Source: Clostridia bacterium (lineage in GTDB: Bacteria; Bacillota; Clostridia; RUG12999). Taken from it: a stretch of 64,000 bases of DNA. The position numbers and the translations under genes are program-made. The notes beneath the pieces are model-generated. The model had not been told where the DNA came from, searched no databases, and worked only from the letters and a program-made list of their open reading frames with translations. Of this stretch, positions 35,765 through 46,552 are shown one piece after another. Every line of letters starts with the position of its first letter. Position 1 is the stretch's first letter. Where the stretch lies: contig JAFTSG010000003.1 in NCBI GenBank assembly GCA_017467445.1, positions 75,753 through 139,752 on the forward strand, read 5' to 3'.

Positions 35765-38700
35765 TGTCACTAATTTTCTTCGGAACATCAATATCCCTTG
35801 CCGGATTTTCGCCTTTTGGTATTACTCCATATTCCCTTGCTTTATTAAGCCATTCTTCCCAAAAGTCAGTATTTACCCCAACAAAAGAAAACTTTACATC
35901 TTCTCCGTTTCTTCCTTCAGCTGATGAAGTTTCTCCACTACTTCTTTCTCCGTATCGGTTTCCATTATTATTTTCACCGTCTGTAATATTTTGTTTTTCG
36001 TATTCATTTCCGAAATCAGTTGCATAGTATCGTCCGATAACTGGTCCACTCTTCGCAGATATTCCTCGTCTTTCCAGTCCATAAATAAACCTCCTTATAT
36101 CAGCTAAAGCCGTTTCATCATGCTCGTATATTTCTATTACGCTTGTAATAATAGGATTTGTAATAGTACCCTTTGCAAACACAAGAACATTATTAATACC
36201 CTCACGATCCGAGTCATATATATTGCTGACAGGTATAATGTACTCTCCGATCTTACTCTTATTAAATTTAACCCTTCCTGATTTAGCATCCGCAAATTTT
36301 GAACGATAGTCCGCATTTTGCCCTGCGTTCAAAATATCATTTGCTCTCGCCCATCCAAAATCCCGATATTCTTTATCCGTATATTGTCCGGTATCTTTCG
36401 CTGCTTCAACAGCTTTCATATAATCCGAATCTTTGGTAGATAGATTAAATTTTACTTCATCTTCCCTATTCTCGATACTATGTTGGTTATTTCTGCTTCT
36501 GTCGTGTTCAGTACTCCGGTTTCCGTCTTGCTCTCTATCCACTTTTTGAACTTCTGCAGTTTCTCCACTGTGTTTATCAGAACCGTTATTGTCATCAGAA
36601 CTTCCTCGTCTATTTTCACCGAATCCCTGATTTGGTTCATTATTTGAAACAACATCTTTTCTTCCTGACTGTGGTCTATTATTTCTGTCATCTTTATCCC
36701 TCTCTTCGTATTCAATCATATTTCTTTCATATCTTGAAAGTGATTTCTTACTTATTTTTTCTACAACCAGATAACCCAATTCCATACTGTCAAACTTTTC
36801 AACAAGGTATGGTGTATCTTTGTAGAAAAATATTCTTTGAGCTCCTGTCTCTATTTCATCATTATGCGCCCATCTTGATGCTCTTTCATTTGCATCGCTA
36901 TGAGATTTATTAAACGGCGGAAATACTCCACCGGGGAACAGGGCAAGTTTTACATCTCCCCCTGCATCAATACTCTCCGCATATTCTGCAGCAGTATTCT
37001 CTGCTTTACTTTCCGATGTTGCTGCCGGCACAGATTCTTCAACACTATAGCTTCTGATTTCACTTCTGAAAGTCTTAATTTCTTCAGCAAATCTATCAGC
37101 GAACTCAAGGGTTCCTGCGTTTATGTTTGCAAGAATTTCGCAGTCTATGTAGTTATTGCAATACGCCTGCCACTATTTTTCCGGTATAGTATTTTTAAAC
37201 TGTTTTCGTTTTTCGGCTAATATGCCGCTGTATTTTTCACGAAAGTTTCTTCTTATTGCCGCTAATTCACTTTTCGACAACCGACTTGTTAAAGCACTTA
37301 AGAATTTGTTGTGTGCAGCCGTACCCTCGTAATTATGTGTAATTTCGTGGTCTGCCAACTCCTCAATAGAATGCTGACTATTATTCATTGACAAATACAG
37401 CGTTCCTTTATAAATAAATGCATTTCCCGTGTCTTTCGTCTCCAATACATATGCTTCTCCTGCAAAATATACCGTTTTAAGTCCGTATTCATTCTTGTTC
37501 TTCTTTGCAAGATTAGTCATATCATCGGACCAATCTTCCGAGCTTACTTCATCGTAAGCAATGGTAAGACTTTTAGCCTTTATTTCTCGTTTTGTTGTTT
37601 TGCCTTTGTATATTTCTCTTTCAATTTTTCCTGCTCTTTCTTGAACTCTTTCACCATTCCTGCCGGAACGCTCGCCAATGTTCCATCCCAAGCCTCGACC
37701 GTTACGAACAGCTCGTCTTTCATCAGTTCCCTCAAATTCATAACTTTCTACACCTATTACCCTTTCTGTATTCTTATCAACTTGTTCCGTTTTGAAAATA
37801 GTTTCATCGGCATTTATATTGCCGTTTAAAGCCTCAATGACTTTTATGCCGCCATCTGCAAACAAACTTTCAAAATCACCTATGGATTCACCTTTCTCAT
37901 GACGTGCTATGATTTCATCAGCCAATCCGCTTATGCCATCATCGCCAAACTTATCCGCCAACATACTCATCAGGTCGTTGTTGGAAAGTATTTCCGGTCT
38001 CAAGGTTTTTTCTATTGCATTAGAAACCTTTGTTATTTCATCTTCCAATGCATCATTTTCAGCATTATTGCGTATACTATCATTGACAATATTCTCATCT
38101 TGTGATATAATATTGTTAGATGATGTTTCCCCAAGCGAGCTGTTATCATCATCAGCTTTAGACTTGGACTTGAAAGAAGCATCATCTTTTTTTATTATAA
38201 TGATATTCCCCTCATTGTCAGACACTTCGTGTAAATAGTATCTATTATCTGTTTCGCTTTTGGTTACAACAACACCCACAAATGCTTTTTGCGCACCTAT
38301 CTGAATCGGTGCTGCAAAAACATAGCTGTCGTAGTTTCTACCTTTCCAATTTTTTACAAAATCAATCTGTCGCCCTTTTTCTATTACAGCAGGAACACTT
38401 GCAAACGCAATCGCTTTTGCTCTGCCCATTCCGTGAGCTATACTGCTGTCAACACCTTTGTCATTTATGGCTACATCGCCGAAATTATCTCTATGAACTA
38501 CGCCATCCAAACTTTCAAAGTATTCATATACCTGCTGTGATAATTTCTTTTCTCCTACCTCAAATTCATATCCTGTTGCTTCATACACAACAGGGTCATT
38601 CTCTAACAGAGGTATGCTGTCCGTTAATTTTTTGAACAGTTCATTTCTTTTCTGAGAGTTTGTTGTTTTATCTGATGCAGTATCAGAGATGTTTTTTTCA

Positions 38701-39911
38701 TTTTCAGGCGTTTTAGTAACACTTTCATACAACGTTGTTACATCTTCATTAGCCGAACTATTTTTATCTGAATCGTGCATATTTTGTTCATCTATGCCTG
38801 TTACATCTGTTGATGAACTACCGTCGTCAACACGGATTATTTGACTGTCATCAAACACTATGTATGATTGTCCATTTACCGATTCTGAATTGTTATTATA
38901 CACAACGCCATCATAGTTTTTGTTTTGTAAAAGTTTAGTAAGTGAAGCGTTACTTTTCTGTTTATCCTTCCTGCTTGTTGTCCAATACTCTAAAGCTTCT
39001 TCTTCGGTTAAAATCCCCATGTCTTTTAGCTTTTTAGCAATTTGGAAAGCGTTCCAACCGGAAAAATCCTCTTCCATAATAAGAGGATTTTTTATATTAA
39101 GATATGCTTTTATAAAGGTTGGATTATCATATTCCTGGTCTTGTGCTCGTTTGTACGCCTGCGCATAACTGCCGAAATGGAACCCTATATCACCAATTTC
39201 GAATTTATCAAATGCCTTGTTCGTTGCGTGATAAACAGGTATAAGCTGTCCGTTTTCGTTCTTTACAACGGTATTTTTCAGCTTATCAAGAATAGGCTTC
39301 TCAATAACTCTACCCGTTATATCTGTATCCGAAGATTTTTCAACATTAAAATATGCTTCAATTTCATCTGCAAATAACCCACGAAGTTCATTATCAGGGT
39401 TTGTAAGCATATCATAAGTGATAACAGCTGAAAAATCATAATCTTCTTCTGTTATTCGTGTATCTTTCTGATATTGTTCAAACAAATCATTTTGCAGTGA
39501 ATAACTTACCTCGTTACCAACAAACGCAGAAAGGTTAATAAAGGTTTTGTCGTTTAAGAGTGTTTCAAGAGTTCTTGTTTCAACTCTGCTATCGCTTCGT
39601 CTGTCAGCTGAAATCTTGCTGAGTCTGCCAACACGTCCTTGATTGAGTTGATTATCCACTCCTCTTGCTTGTCCTTCGGTTTGCATTTCGCTATATCGGT
39701 TATCATTTTTATAAATGTCTGCCCTTGAGTCAGTGCCATTATCGTTCACTCCTCCACTATTCTGTGTATTAATTATATCACCATTCAAATCTGAATTCAA
39801 GACGTTTGTTTCTGCCGCAACATCTATGCTGTTAAGCCAACTTGCAACAAGCGGGTCTGTGTTACCTTTAAATACTCTGTGAAATTCACTGCTTATTAAA
39901 ATAATGGTAAT

Positions 39912-39928
39912 GGGGACGGTTCTATGTC
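39912..39928 (-). repeat. 17-nt motif copy B (inverted)
   Basis: GGGGACGGTTCTATGTC on the plus strand, overlapping the transposase stop and the first codons of the polyvalent frame. Confidence 0.85.
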
Positions 39929-40686
39929 CTTTCAATAATTCCTTTACTAATCCCCGTTAACCTACTGATTTGTCTAATTGATAATCCGTTGTTTTTTAGT
40001 TTAGCTAATAACTTGTTCCGTATTTCAGGTTTCAACTGTTGGAATTCATTTGCATTTTTGCATGTTGAAATTTTTTGTATTATACGTTTAGCTTCTTCAT
40101 CCGTAACTCCGAATGTTCTGTCGGATAAATCAAGGCAGCTATCATTATTTATATACTGATGAAATTCGATGAAACTGTCTATACCTATCATATTCAATAC
40201 TAATTCAGTATCAATTATATTTCTGTTATTCGCACTAAGATATTCTTTATAACTATTAAACGGATATTCGTTTATGTTTTCTGCTAATTGAGCCTTTAAA
40301 GGATTTTGGTGAATATAACGTAATACAGTTAAAAAATATTTATTATCCTCTACCGGTTCACTTTTAAATCGATCTTGAAACAAATGACCAATGCGTTTGT
40401 ATTTTGTATTAAACCAGTATACATACTTACCGGCAATGCGCTTCATTACACTTTGAAGTTCTTCCTTTTCTTCTTTTAAAAGCAAATGCAAATGATTGCC
40501 CATGAGGCAATATGCATATACTTTATATTGACATATTTCTTTATATTCTTTCAAAATTTTTAAAAACTTTAGGTTATCTTCTTCATCTTCAAAAATTTGC
40601 TCTTGGTTTATTCCTCGCAACATAATATGGTATATTCCACTTTTGCTTTTTATTCTAGCCTGTCGCGGCATATAAATCACCTCCAA
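39922..40686 (-). CDS. IS200/RAYT-like HUH Y1 transposase with a C-terminal HTH
   Basis: 254 aa. MPRQARIKSKSGIYHIMLRG, HUH motif GNHLHLLL, GHLFQDRFKS, catalytic-Tyr block LRYIHQNPLKA, C-terminal LSIRQISRLTGISKGII. Confidence 0.8.
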   Translation of the reverse strand: MEVIYMPRQARIKSKSGIYHIMLRGINQEQIFEDEEDNLKFLKILKEYKEICQYKVYAYCLMGNHLHLLLKEEKEELQSVMKRIAGKYVYWFNTKYKRIGHLFQDRFKSEPVEDNKYFLTVLRYIHQNPLKAQLAENINEYPFNSYKEYLSANNRNIIDTELVLNMIGIDSFIEFHQYINNDSCLDLSDRTFGVTDEEAKRIIQKISTCKNANEFQQLKPEIRNKLLAKLKNNGLSIRQISRLTGISKGIIERT

Positions 40687-40718
40687 ACAATAATATCAAA
40701 ACTTAAGTCCTTTGTCAA

Positions 40719-40735
40719 GACAGAGAACCGTCCCC
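40719..40735 (+). repeat. 17-nt motif copy C (GACAGAGAACCGTCCCC)
   Basis: Lies 33 nt upstream of the transposase start. Copies B and C flank the transposase gene in inverted orientation. Confidence 0.85.
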
Positions 40736-40754
40736 TATTCCCGCCCTATTCCTT

Positions 40755-40785
40755 CAAAAAAGGGTGAAAGCTAATGCTTTCACCC
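40755..40785 (-). terminator. terminator hairpin T2 (copy 2) for hppA
   Basis: GGGTGAAAGC-TAAT-GCTTTCACCC. On the minus strand it is followed by TTTTTTGAAGG. Confidence 0.7.
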
Positions 40786-40801
40786 TTTTGGTTTTTATAT
40801 C

Positions 40802-42895
40802 TTATTTAAATAAGTTTGCGATTATATCAAACAGATTGAATTTTACTGCAACGCCGGCAAATACGATTGATACCATACTGAGCAGTTTGATAAGGATATT
40901 TACTGACGGACCTGCTGTGTCTTTAAACGGGTCACCAACGGTATCCCCTACTACTGCAGCTTTATGGTTATCGCTGCCTTTTCCGCCGAAGTTACCGGAT
41001 TCAATATATTTTTTTGCGTTGTCCCATGCACCGCCGGAGTTTGCCATCATAATAGCGATTGCAAAGCCTGTGATGAGTGCACCTGCAAGCATACCAACTA
41101 CGCCGTTAACACCAAGAACAAGTGCTACTGCGATAGGTGCTATAATACCGAGTGCTGCAGGGATAATCATTTCTTTAAGAGAAGAACGTGTGCAGATATC
41201 TACACAGGTTTCATAGTCTGCCTCTGCTTCCCCTTGCATAAGGCCTGTAATTTCCTTGAACTGACGGCGAACTTCTATTACAATTTTATGTGCCGCACGT
41301 CCTACAGCCTGCATTGTGAATGCGCTGAAGAGGAACGGAAGCATTGCGCCGATGAACAGACCGATAAGTACCGGTGTGTTTGTTATTGAAAGGTCAAGTG
41401 TTCCGCCAAGGAGTTTAACCTTGTCTGTATATGAAACGATAAGTGCAAGTGCTGTAAGAGCCGCACTACCTATTGCAAAACCTTTACCTGTTGCCGCTGT
41501 TGTGTTACCGAGAGAATCAAGAGCGTCTGTACGTTCGCGAACTTCTTTATCAAGTCCTGCCATTTCAGCAATACCGCCGGCGTTATCAGCAACCGGACCG
41601 TATGCGTCTGTTGCAAGTGTGATACCAAGTGTTGAAAGCATACCAACAGCTGAAACCCCTATTCCGTAAAGTCCCATTGCAAATGAGCCTGCGCCGCCTG
41701 AAATAAAGTAGCTGAAGAGTACAGATAAAGCAATTATGATTACGGGGATTGCAGTTGAGTTCATACCAAGAGCAAGACCGTCGATTATAATTGTTGCGCT
41801 ACCTGTTTCAGATGAGCCTGCAAGACGTTTTGTCGGGTTATATGAATCGGATGTATAGTATTCTGTGAAAAATCCTATAAGAACACCGGCAAGAAGACCT
41901 GAAACAACCGCCCAGAATACGCCTGTATGTTCCGGAAGGAGAATGTATATAAGTGCTGCCGAGCCTACTGCCGACAGGATTGAGCTTATATATGTTCCTT
42001 TACGGAGTGAACCTAGAAGGTCTTTTTGCGTGGCACCTTCTTTTGTGCTTACAAAGAATGTACCGATGATTGAAGCAACAATACCGATTGCCGCAATAAT
42101 CATAGGAATTACAACGCCTGTCATACCAAGGCCTGCCGCTGCAGCAAGTGCTGCTGCAGAAACAACAGAACCAACGTATGATTCATAAAGGTCAGCACCC
42201 ATGCCCGCAACGTCACCAACGTTGTCACCAACGTTATCAGCAATAACCGCCGGGTTTCTGGGGTCATCTTCGGGAATACCTGCTTCTACTTTACCAACAA
42301 GGTCGGCACCTACGTCTGCAGCTTTTGTAAAGATACCGCCGCCTACTCTTGCAAAAAGTGCCATTGAGCTTGCACCCATACCGAATGTAAGCATTGTCGA
42401 TGTTATTTCAACCGGGTCCGTTAAAAATGCATTAAGAATGAGGAACCATATTCCAATATCAAGAAGTCCGAGACCTACAACTGTAAGACCCATTACTGTA
42501 CCGCTGGAGAAAGCTATTTTAAGACCTTTATTAAGGCCCTGACGTGCACCTTCCGCTGTTCTGCTGTTTGCATATGTGGCAATTTTCATTCCTACAAAAC
42601 CCGAAAGTCCTGAGAAGAAACCACCGCTTAAAAATGCAAATGGTACAAACGGCGAAAGTACACCGAATGCTGCCATTATTCCAAGAATAACAAGCATTAC
42701 TATAAAGAAAACAGATACTGTTTTATATTGACGCTTTAAGTATGCCATTGCTCCTTTTCTGATTTTTGCTGATATTGATGCCATAAGGTCTGTTCCTTCG
42801 GGCATTTTTTTAACCCAATAGAACTTATAAATTGCAAATGCAAGACCGACTGCGGCAGCAAGCACAACAAAAATTGCAGCGTATGTTTCAGCCAT
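40802..42895 (-). CDS. hppA: membrane-bound proton/sodium-translocating pyrophosphatase
   Basis: 697-aa polytopic ORF with [28 protein letters not shown] and [11 protein letters not shown] motifs. Confidence 0.95.
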   Translation of the reverse strand: MAETYAAIFVVLAAAVGLAFAIYKFYWVKKMPEGTDLMASISAKIRKGAMAYLKRQYKTVSVFFIVMLVILGIMAAFGVLSPFVPFAFLSGGFFSGLSGFVGMKIATYANSRTAEGARQGLNKGLKIAFSSGTVMGLTVVGLGLLDIGIWFLILNAFLTDPVEITSTMLTFGMGASSMALFARVGGGIFTKAADVGADLVGKVEAGIPEDDPRNPAVIADNVGDNVGDVAGMGADLYESYVGSVVSAAALAAAAGLGMTGVVIPMIIAAIGIVASIIGTFFVSTKEGATQKDLLGSLRKGTYISSILSAVGSAALIYILLPEHTGVFWAVVSGLLAGVLIGFFTEYYTSDSYNPTKRLAGSSETGSATIIIDGLALGMNSTAIPVIIIALSVLFSYFISGGAGSFAMGLYGIGVSAVGMLSTLGITLATDAYGPVADNAGGIAEMAGLDKEVRERTDALDSLGNTTAATGKGFAIGSAALTALALIVSYTDKVKLLGGTLDLSITNTPVLIGLFIGAMLPFLFSAFTMQAVGRAAHKIVIEVRRQFKEITGLMQGEAEADYETCVDICTRSSLKEMIIPAALGIIAPIAVALVLGVNGVVGMLAGALITGFAIAIMMANSGGAWDNAKKYIESGNFGGKGSDNHKAAVVGDTVGDPFKDTAGPSVNILIKLLSMVSIVFAGVAVKFNLFDIIANLFK

Positions 42896-43068
42896 AACTG
42901 ATGTTCCTCCTTAATGAATAAAAAATGTATGTGCAAAATTAGCTTTGCTAACTTTGCACAACTGTTATAATATTTATTATATTATAATGGTTTCTTTTAC
43001 CTTTTGTCAATAATAATGTTAAAAAATTAGCAACATTACCAATCAAAATACATTCGTCTTTGTAGTTT

Positions 43069-44208
43069 TTAATATTTTTTCCACACCATTTTGTTAACTA
43101 CACCCGTATAACTCTGAATAAATTTCACGACTTTAGTGGAAACGTTTTCGTCCACATAGTTTGGAACCGGTATACCGTAGTCGCCGTTTTTATTCATTTC
43201 AACCGCTGTATCAACCGCTTGAAGCACCTGCTGGGTGGTTATTCCGGCAAGGATGAAGTTGCCTTTATCCATTGCTTCAGGGCGTTCTGTGCTTGTTCTG
43301 ATACATACCGCCGGGAAGGGATTTCCAACCGAAAGGAAAAAGCTGCTTTCTTCCGGAAGTGTTCCGCTGTCCGATACAACTGCAAAAGCATTCATCTGCA
43401 GATTGTTATAATCGTGGAAACCGAGCGGTTTATTCTGAATTACACGTTTATCAAATACAAATCCACGCTGTTCGATGAATTTTGCACTTCTAGGGTGGCA
43501 GGAATAAAGAATCGGCATATCGTATTTTTCAGCCATTGCGTTTACTGCGTTCATAAGGCTGAAGAAATTCTTTTCAGTATCTATATTTTCTTCTCTGTGT
43601 GCGGAAAGAAGAATATATTTACCTTTTTCAAGACCAAGACGGGACAGAATGTCGCTGCCCGTTATCTGCTCAAGGTTATCATGAAGAACTTCTGCCATAG
43701 GCGAGCCTGTTACATATGTTCTTTCCTTTGCAGTACCTTCGTGATTTAAATATCTTCTTGCGTGTTCTGAATAGCAAAGGTTAACATCTGAAATATGGTC
43801 AACAATACGACGGTTTGTTTCTTCCGGCAGACATTCGTCAAAACAACGATTCCCCGCTTCCATATGGAAAATCGGGATGTGCAGTCTTTTTGCGGAAATT
43901 GCCGACAGACAGGAGTTTGTATCGCCAAGGATAAGAAGTGCGTCGGGTTTCTGTTCTACCATAAGTTTATAGGATTTTGCAATGATGTTTCCTATGGTTT
44001 CGCCAAGGTCCGATCCTACTGCATCAAGATAAAAGTCCGGTGCACGAAGTCCAAGGTCATCAAAGAAAACCTGATTCAATTCATAATCATAGTTTTGACC
44101 GGTATGTACCAGAATCTGGTCAAAATACTTATCGCATTTTTTGATTACCGCCGCAAGACGGATAATTTCCGGTCTTGTGCCTACTATTGTCATAAGTTTA
44201 AGTTTCAT
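43069..44208 (-). CDS. fnlC: UDP-N-acetylglucosamine 2-epimerase (non-hydrolysing; FnlC/CapG-like)
   Basis: 379 aa. IVGTRPEIIRL, LILGDTNS, EAGNR and SDSG blocks. Adjacent to fnlB-like and fnlA-like genes. Confidence 0.85.
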   Translation of the reverse strand: MKLKLMTIVGTRPEIIRLAAVIKKCDKYFDQILVHTGQNYDYELNQVFFDDLGLRAPDFYLDAVGSDLGETIGNIIAKSYKLMVEQKPDALLILGDTNSCLSAISAKRLHIPIFHMEAGNRCFDECLPEETNRRIVDHISDVNLCYSEHARRYLNHEGTAKERTYVTGSPMAEVLHDNLEQITGSDILSRLGLEKGKYILLSAHREENIDTEKNFFSLMNAVNAMAEKYDMPILYSCHPRSAKFIEQRGFVFDKRVIQNKPLGFHDYNNLQMNAFAVVSDSGTLPEESSFFLSVGNPFPAVCIRTSTERPEAMDKGNFILAGITTQQVLQAVDTAVEMNKNGDYGIPVPNYVDENVSTKVVKFIQSYTGVVNKMVWKKY

Positions 44209-44210
44209 AA

Positions 44211-45359
44211 TTACACCTCTTCAAAATATGTATCGGGTTTGTTCGGGTCAAACGCTTCGTTTGCCCACATTACCGTTACAAGGTCTTCGCTGTCGCTTAA
44301 GTTTATTATATTATGAGTATATCCGGGAAGCATATGAACTGCTTCAATTTTTTCTCCGGAAACCTCAAATCGGAGCACTTTATCTGTGCCGATTTTTCTT
44401 TGCTCAATAAGTCCGTGGCCCGATACCACAATGAAAAATTCCCATTTGGTATTATGCCAGTGCTGACCCTTTGTTATGCCCGGTTTTGAAATATTAACGC
44501 TTACCTGCCCTACCTTTTCGCTTCTGATGAGTTCAGTAAAGCTTCCTCTTGCATCCACATTCATTTTAAGCGGGAATTTTACTTTTTCCTCCGGCAGATA
44601 TGAAAGATATGTTGAGTACAGTTTCTTTTCAAAGGAGCCGAGCGGAATTTCAGGTACAACAAGTGTTTCGGGCTGATTTTTGAATTTATAAATCAAATTC
44701 ACAATTTCGCCAAGCGTTATTGTATGCACTGTCGGGATGCGGCAAAAATCGCCGTCACGGGTTTCGCTACCGCTGATGGCGGATATAAATTCATCCACAA
44801 CATCATCTATATAAACAAGGTTCATTGTAACCGACGGGTCGTTTACAGTTATCTCAAGGTCGTTTGCTATATTATTACAAAATGTTGCCACCGCACTGTT
44901 GTAATTGGGTCTGCACCATTTGCCGAATACATTCGGAAGTCGGTATACAAGTGTTTTTACCCCATTTGTTCTGCCGTATTCAAAAATAAGGTCCTCGCCC
45001 GCTTTTTTTGACTGTCCGTACGGATTATCAAGTGCGGCCTGAATTGATGAAGTAATAAGCACAGGGGCTTTGTTACCGTTTTTTGAAAGTGCAGAAAGAA
45101 GTGTTTCCGTAAACCCAAAATTCCCTGTCATAAATTCCGACTCATTCTTAGGGCGGTTTACACCTGCAAGGTGGCATACAAAATCTACATCCTTGGCATA
45201 AACTTCAAGCAGTTCGGGGTTGGTATCCACATCATATTCATAAATTGTGATGTCCTTGGGTAAGGGGTAGTTTTTTGCTTTGCCCGATTTAATATTACAA
45301 AGCTGGGCAACAAGATTTTTGCCCACAAATCCTTTTGCACCGGTTACAAGTATTTTCAT
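44211..45359 (-). CDS. fnlB: CapF/FnlB-like bifunctional reductase (SDR N-terminus + cupin C-terminus)
   Basis: 382 aa. MKILVTGAKGFVGKNL Rossmann motif. C-terminal cupin-like DARGSFTEL...GITKGQHWHNTKWEFFIVVSG. Confidence 0.8.
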   Translation of the reverse strand: MKILVTGAKGFVGKNLVAQLCNIKSGKAKNYPLPKDITIYEYDVDTNPELLEVYAKDVDFVCHLAGVNRPKNESEFMTGNFGFTETLLSALSKNGNKAPVLITSSIQAALDNPYGQSKKAGEDLIFEYGRTNGVKTLVYRLPNVFGKWCRPNYNSAVATFCNNIANDLEITVNDPSVTMNLVYIDDVVDEFISAISGSETRDGDFCRIPTVHTITLGEIVNLIYKFKNQPETLVVPEIPLGSFEKKLYSTYLSYLPEEKVKFPLKMNVDARGSFTELIRSEKVGQVSVNISKPGITKGQHWHNTKWEFFIVVSGHGLIEQRKIGTDKVLRFEVSGEKIEAVHMLPGYTHNIINLSDSEDLVTVMWANEAFDPNKPDTYFEEV

Positions 45360-45369
45360 CGGGTTCCTC

Positions 45370-46542
45370 CTATAATGTTTTCCTTAATCCTGCAATTTCA
45401 CAGTGCATTGCAAAATCATCGAGTTCTTTTGAACCTACAGTTCTTTTACCTATTTCTTTTGTTACCTTTTTTGCAAATATTGCCGCAATACCTCGCCATA
45501 CAATTGCAAATGGGTATAAGAACGGTAATTTTTCAAGGATTTTATATTTTTCTTTTAAAACCGAAAGTTTCGGAAAAATAAGAGTTTTAATACTTTCCCT
45601 TTTCACTTCTGTATAGTTTTTTTCTACTGAATTACGGTAAATTTCCGAGGCATCGGCCCTTTCTTTTGTGCCAAGTACTCCGCCGCCAAGAATAAACTCT
45701 TCCATATATTTAAGCTCATCATACATTTCGCCGCTGCCAAACCACACATCTGCAAGGTCGCACATCATTTTATTGAATTTGGTAAGTCCAAGCTTTTCAA
45801 GCTCAGCATCAAGATATTCATTATCCATTTCCGGCATATATGCTTCTTTGAGCACCCACATATCAACCACATGGCGCATCCCTATTCCCGAACCGATGTA
45901 ATGTTTAGCCGCATGCACTAGCGTATATATGTAGAAATCCTCTTTAGACAGTTCATATATGTTTTCGTATCCCGGTTTTTTCTTTGCAAATTTCCAACCA
46001 TCACCATAATAATCATATAATTCGGTATTATAGTTAGGTACGATTGATTTATGAAGCTCAACTGCAACAGCAGGAAGACGAATAAATATATATTCGTGTG
46101 CGCTTTCCTTATCGAAAGTAAAGCCGTTTTGTTCCATTATCGGTTTTATTTCTTCATACTGCGACTGGTCAATAAGAATATCAACGTCAACCATTTCGCG
46201 CATTTCGGATTCAGGATAAAGGTTTTTGAGGATATACCCTTTCATCGGCATTGCTTTTATGCCCTCTTTTTCAAAATCCTCAAGAATTCCGGCTACAAGT
46301 ACCTCCTGATTAGTTTCTTTAAACACCATTTTCATTCTGTGTGCTTCAAGAAATTCTTTTACCATATCGGGTGCATCAATCTCCCCGATCACATGCGTTA
46401 CCATACCGATAAGACCCTGGGTGTTTGCAATCTTTACAATTTCTTTCCAGTCTGTATCGGCAGGCACTTCGCACTTTTCTCCACCAAGAGCATATTTAAC
46501 TATATCAAGTAGATATCTGATATTCTTATACATACATTTCAT
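45370..46542 (-). CDS. uncharacterised nucleotidyltransferase-family protein (PF14907-like)
   Basis: 390 aa. MPMKGYILKNLYPESEMREMVDVDILI and ELHKSI pattern, as I recall for this family. Inserted between fnlA and fnlB. Confidence 0.55.
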   Translation of the reverse strand: MKCMYKNIRYLLDIVKYALGGEKCEVPADTDWKEIVKIANTQGLIGMVTHVIGEIDAPDMVKEFLEAHRMKMVFKETNQEVLVAGILEDFEKEGIKAMPMKGYILKNLYPESEMREMVDVDILIDQSQYEEIKPIMEQNGFTFDKESAHEYIFIRLPAVAVELHKSIVPNYNTELYDYYGDGWKFAKKKPGYENIYELSKEDFYIYTLVHAAKHYIGSGIGMRHVVDMWVLKEAYMPEMDNEYLDAELEKLGLTKFNKMMCDLADVWFGSGEMYDELKYMEEFILGGGVLGTKERADASEIYRNSVEKNYTEVKRESIKTLIFPKLSVLKEKYKILEKLPFLYPFAIVWRGIAAIFAKKVTKEIGKRTVGSKELDDFAMHCEIAGLRKTL

Positions 46543-46552
46543 CCTCTGTCAG

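Larger units (their letters stand above)
35739..39935 (-). pseudogene. fragment of a phage/conjugative-element polyvalent protein, truncated at both ends, with one in-frame TAG at 37173-37175
   Basis: ORFs 37173-39935 and 35739-37031 share one frame (4197 nt = 1399 codons). Recognised blocks are IPVYHATN...GFHFGS...NYDGVVYNN...SYIVFDDSQI (ART/polyvalent-like), GRAKAIAFASVPAVIEKG...YVFAAPIQ...YYLHEV (PBECR-like) and a HEITH zincin motif. Confidence 0.65.
35735..40761. mobile_element. ~5-kb inserted block: decayed polyvalent-protein gene plus RAYT-like transposase
   Basis: Lies between two copies of the same 24-nt hairpin (35711-35734, 40762-40785). Its contents are mobile-element-type genes delimited by three copies of a 17-nt motif. 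Confidence 0.55.

Noticed and set aside
35894-39739. Alternate-frame same-strand ORFs inside the polyvalent gene (35894-36082, 36452-36715, 39554-39739) with plausible helical K/E-rich translations
   Set aside because: They fall in purine-rich linker regions where several frames stay open. The main frame is continuous for 1,398 codons and carries the recognisable domains. Old frameshifts in this decayed gene cannot be excluded.
40764-42542. Several 100-150-aa plus-strand ORFs inside hppA
   Set aside because: They are antisense shadows of a long, strongly supported pyrophosphatase gene. They have Ala/Pro/Ser-rich low-complexity translations and no RBS.
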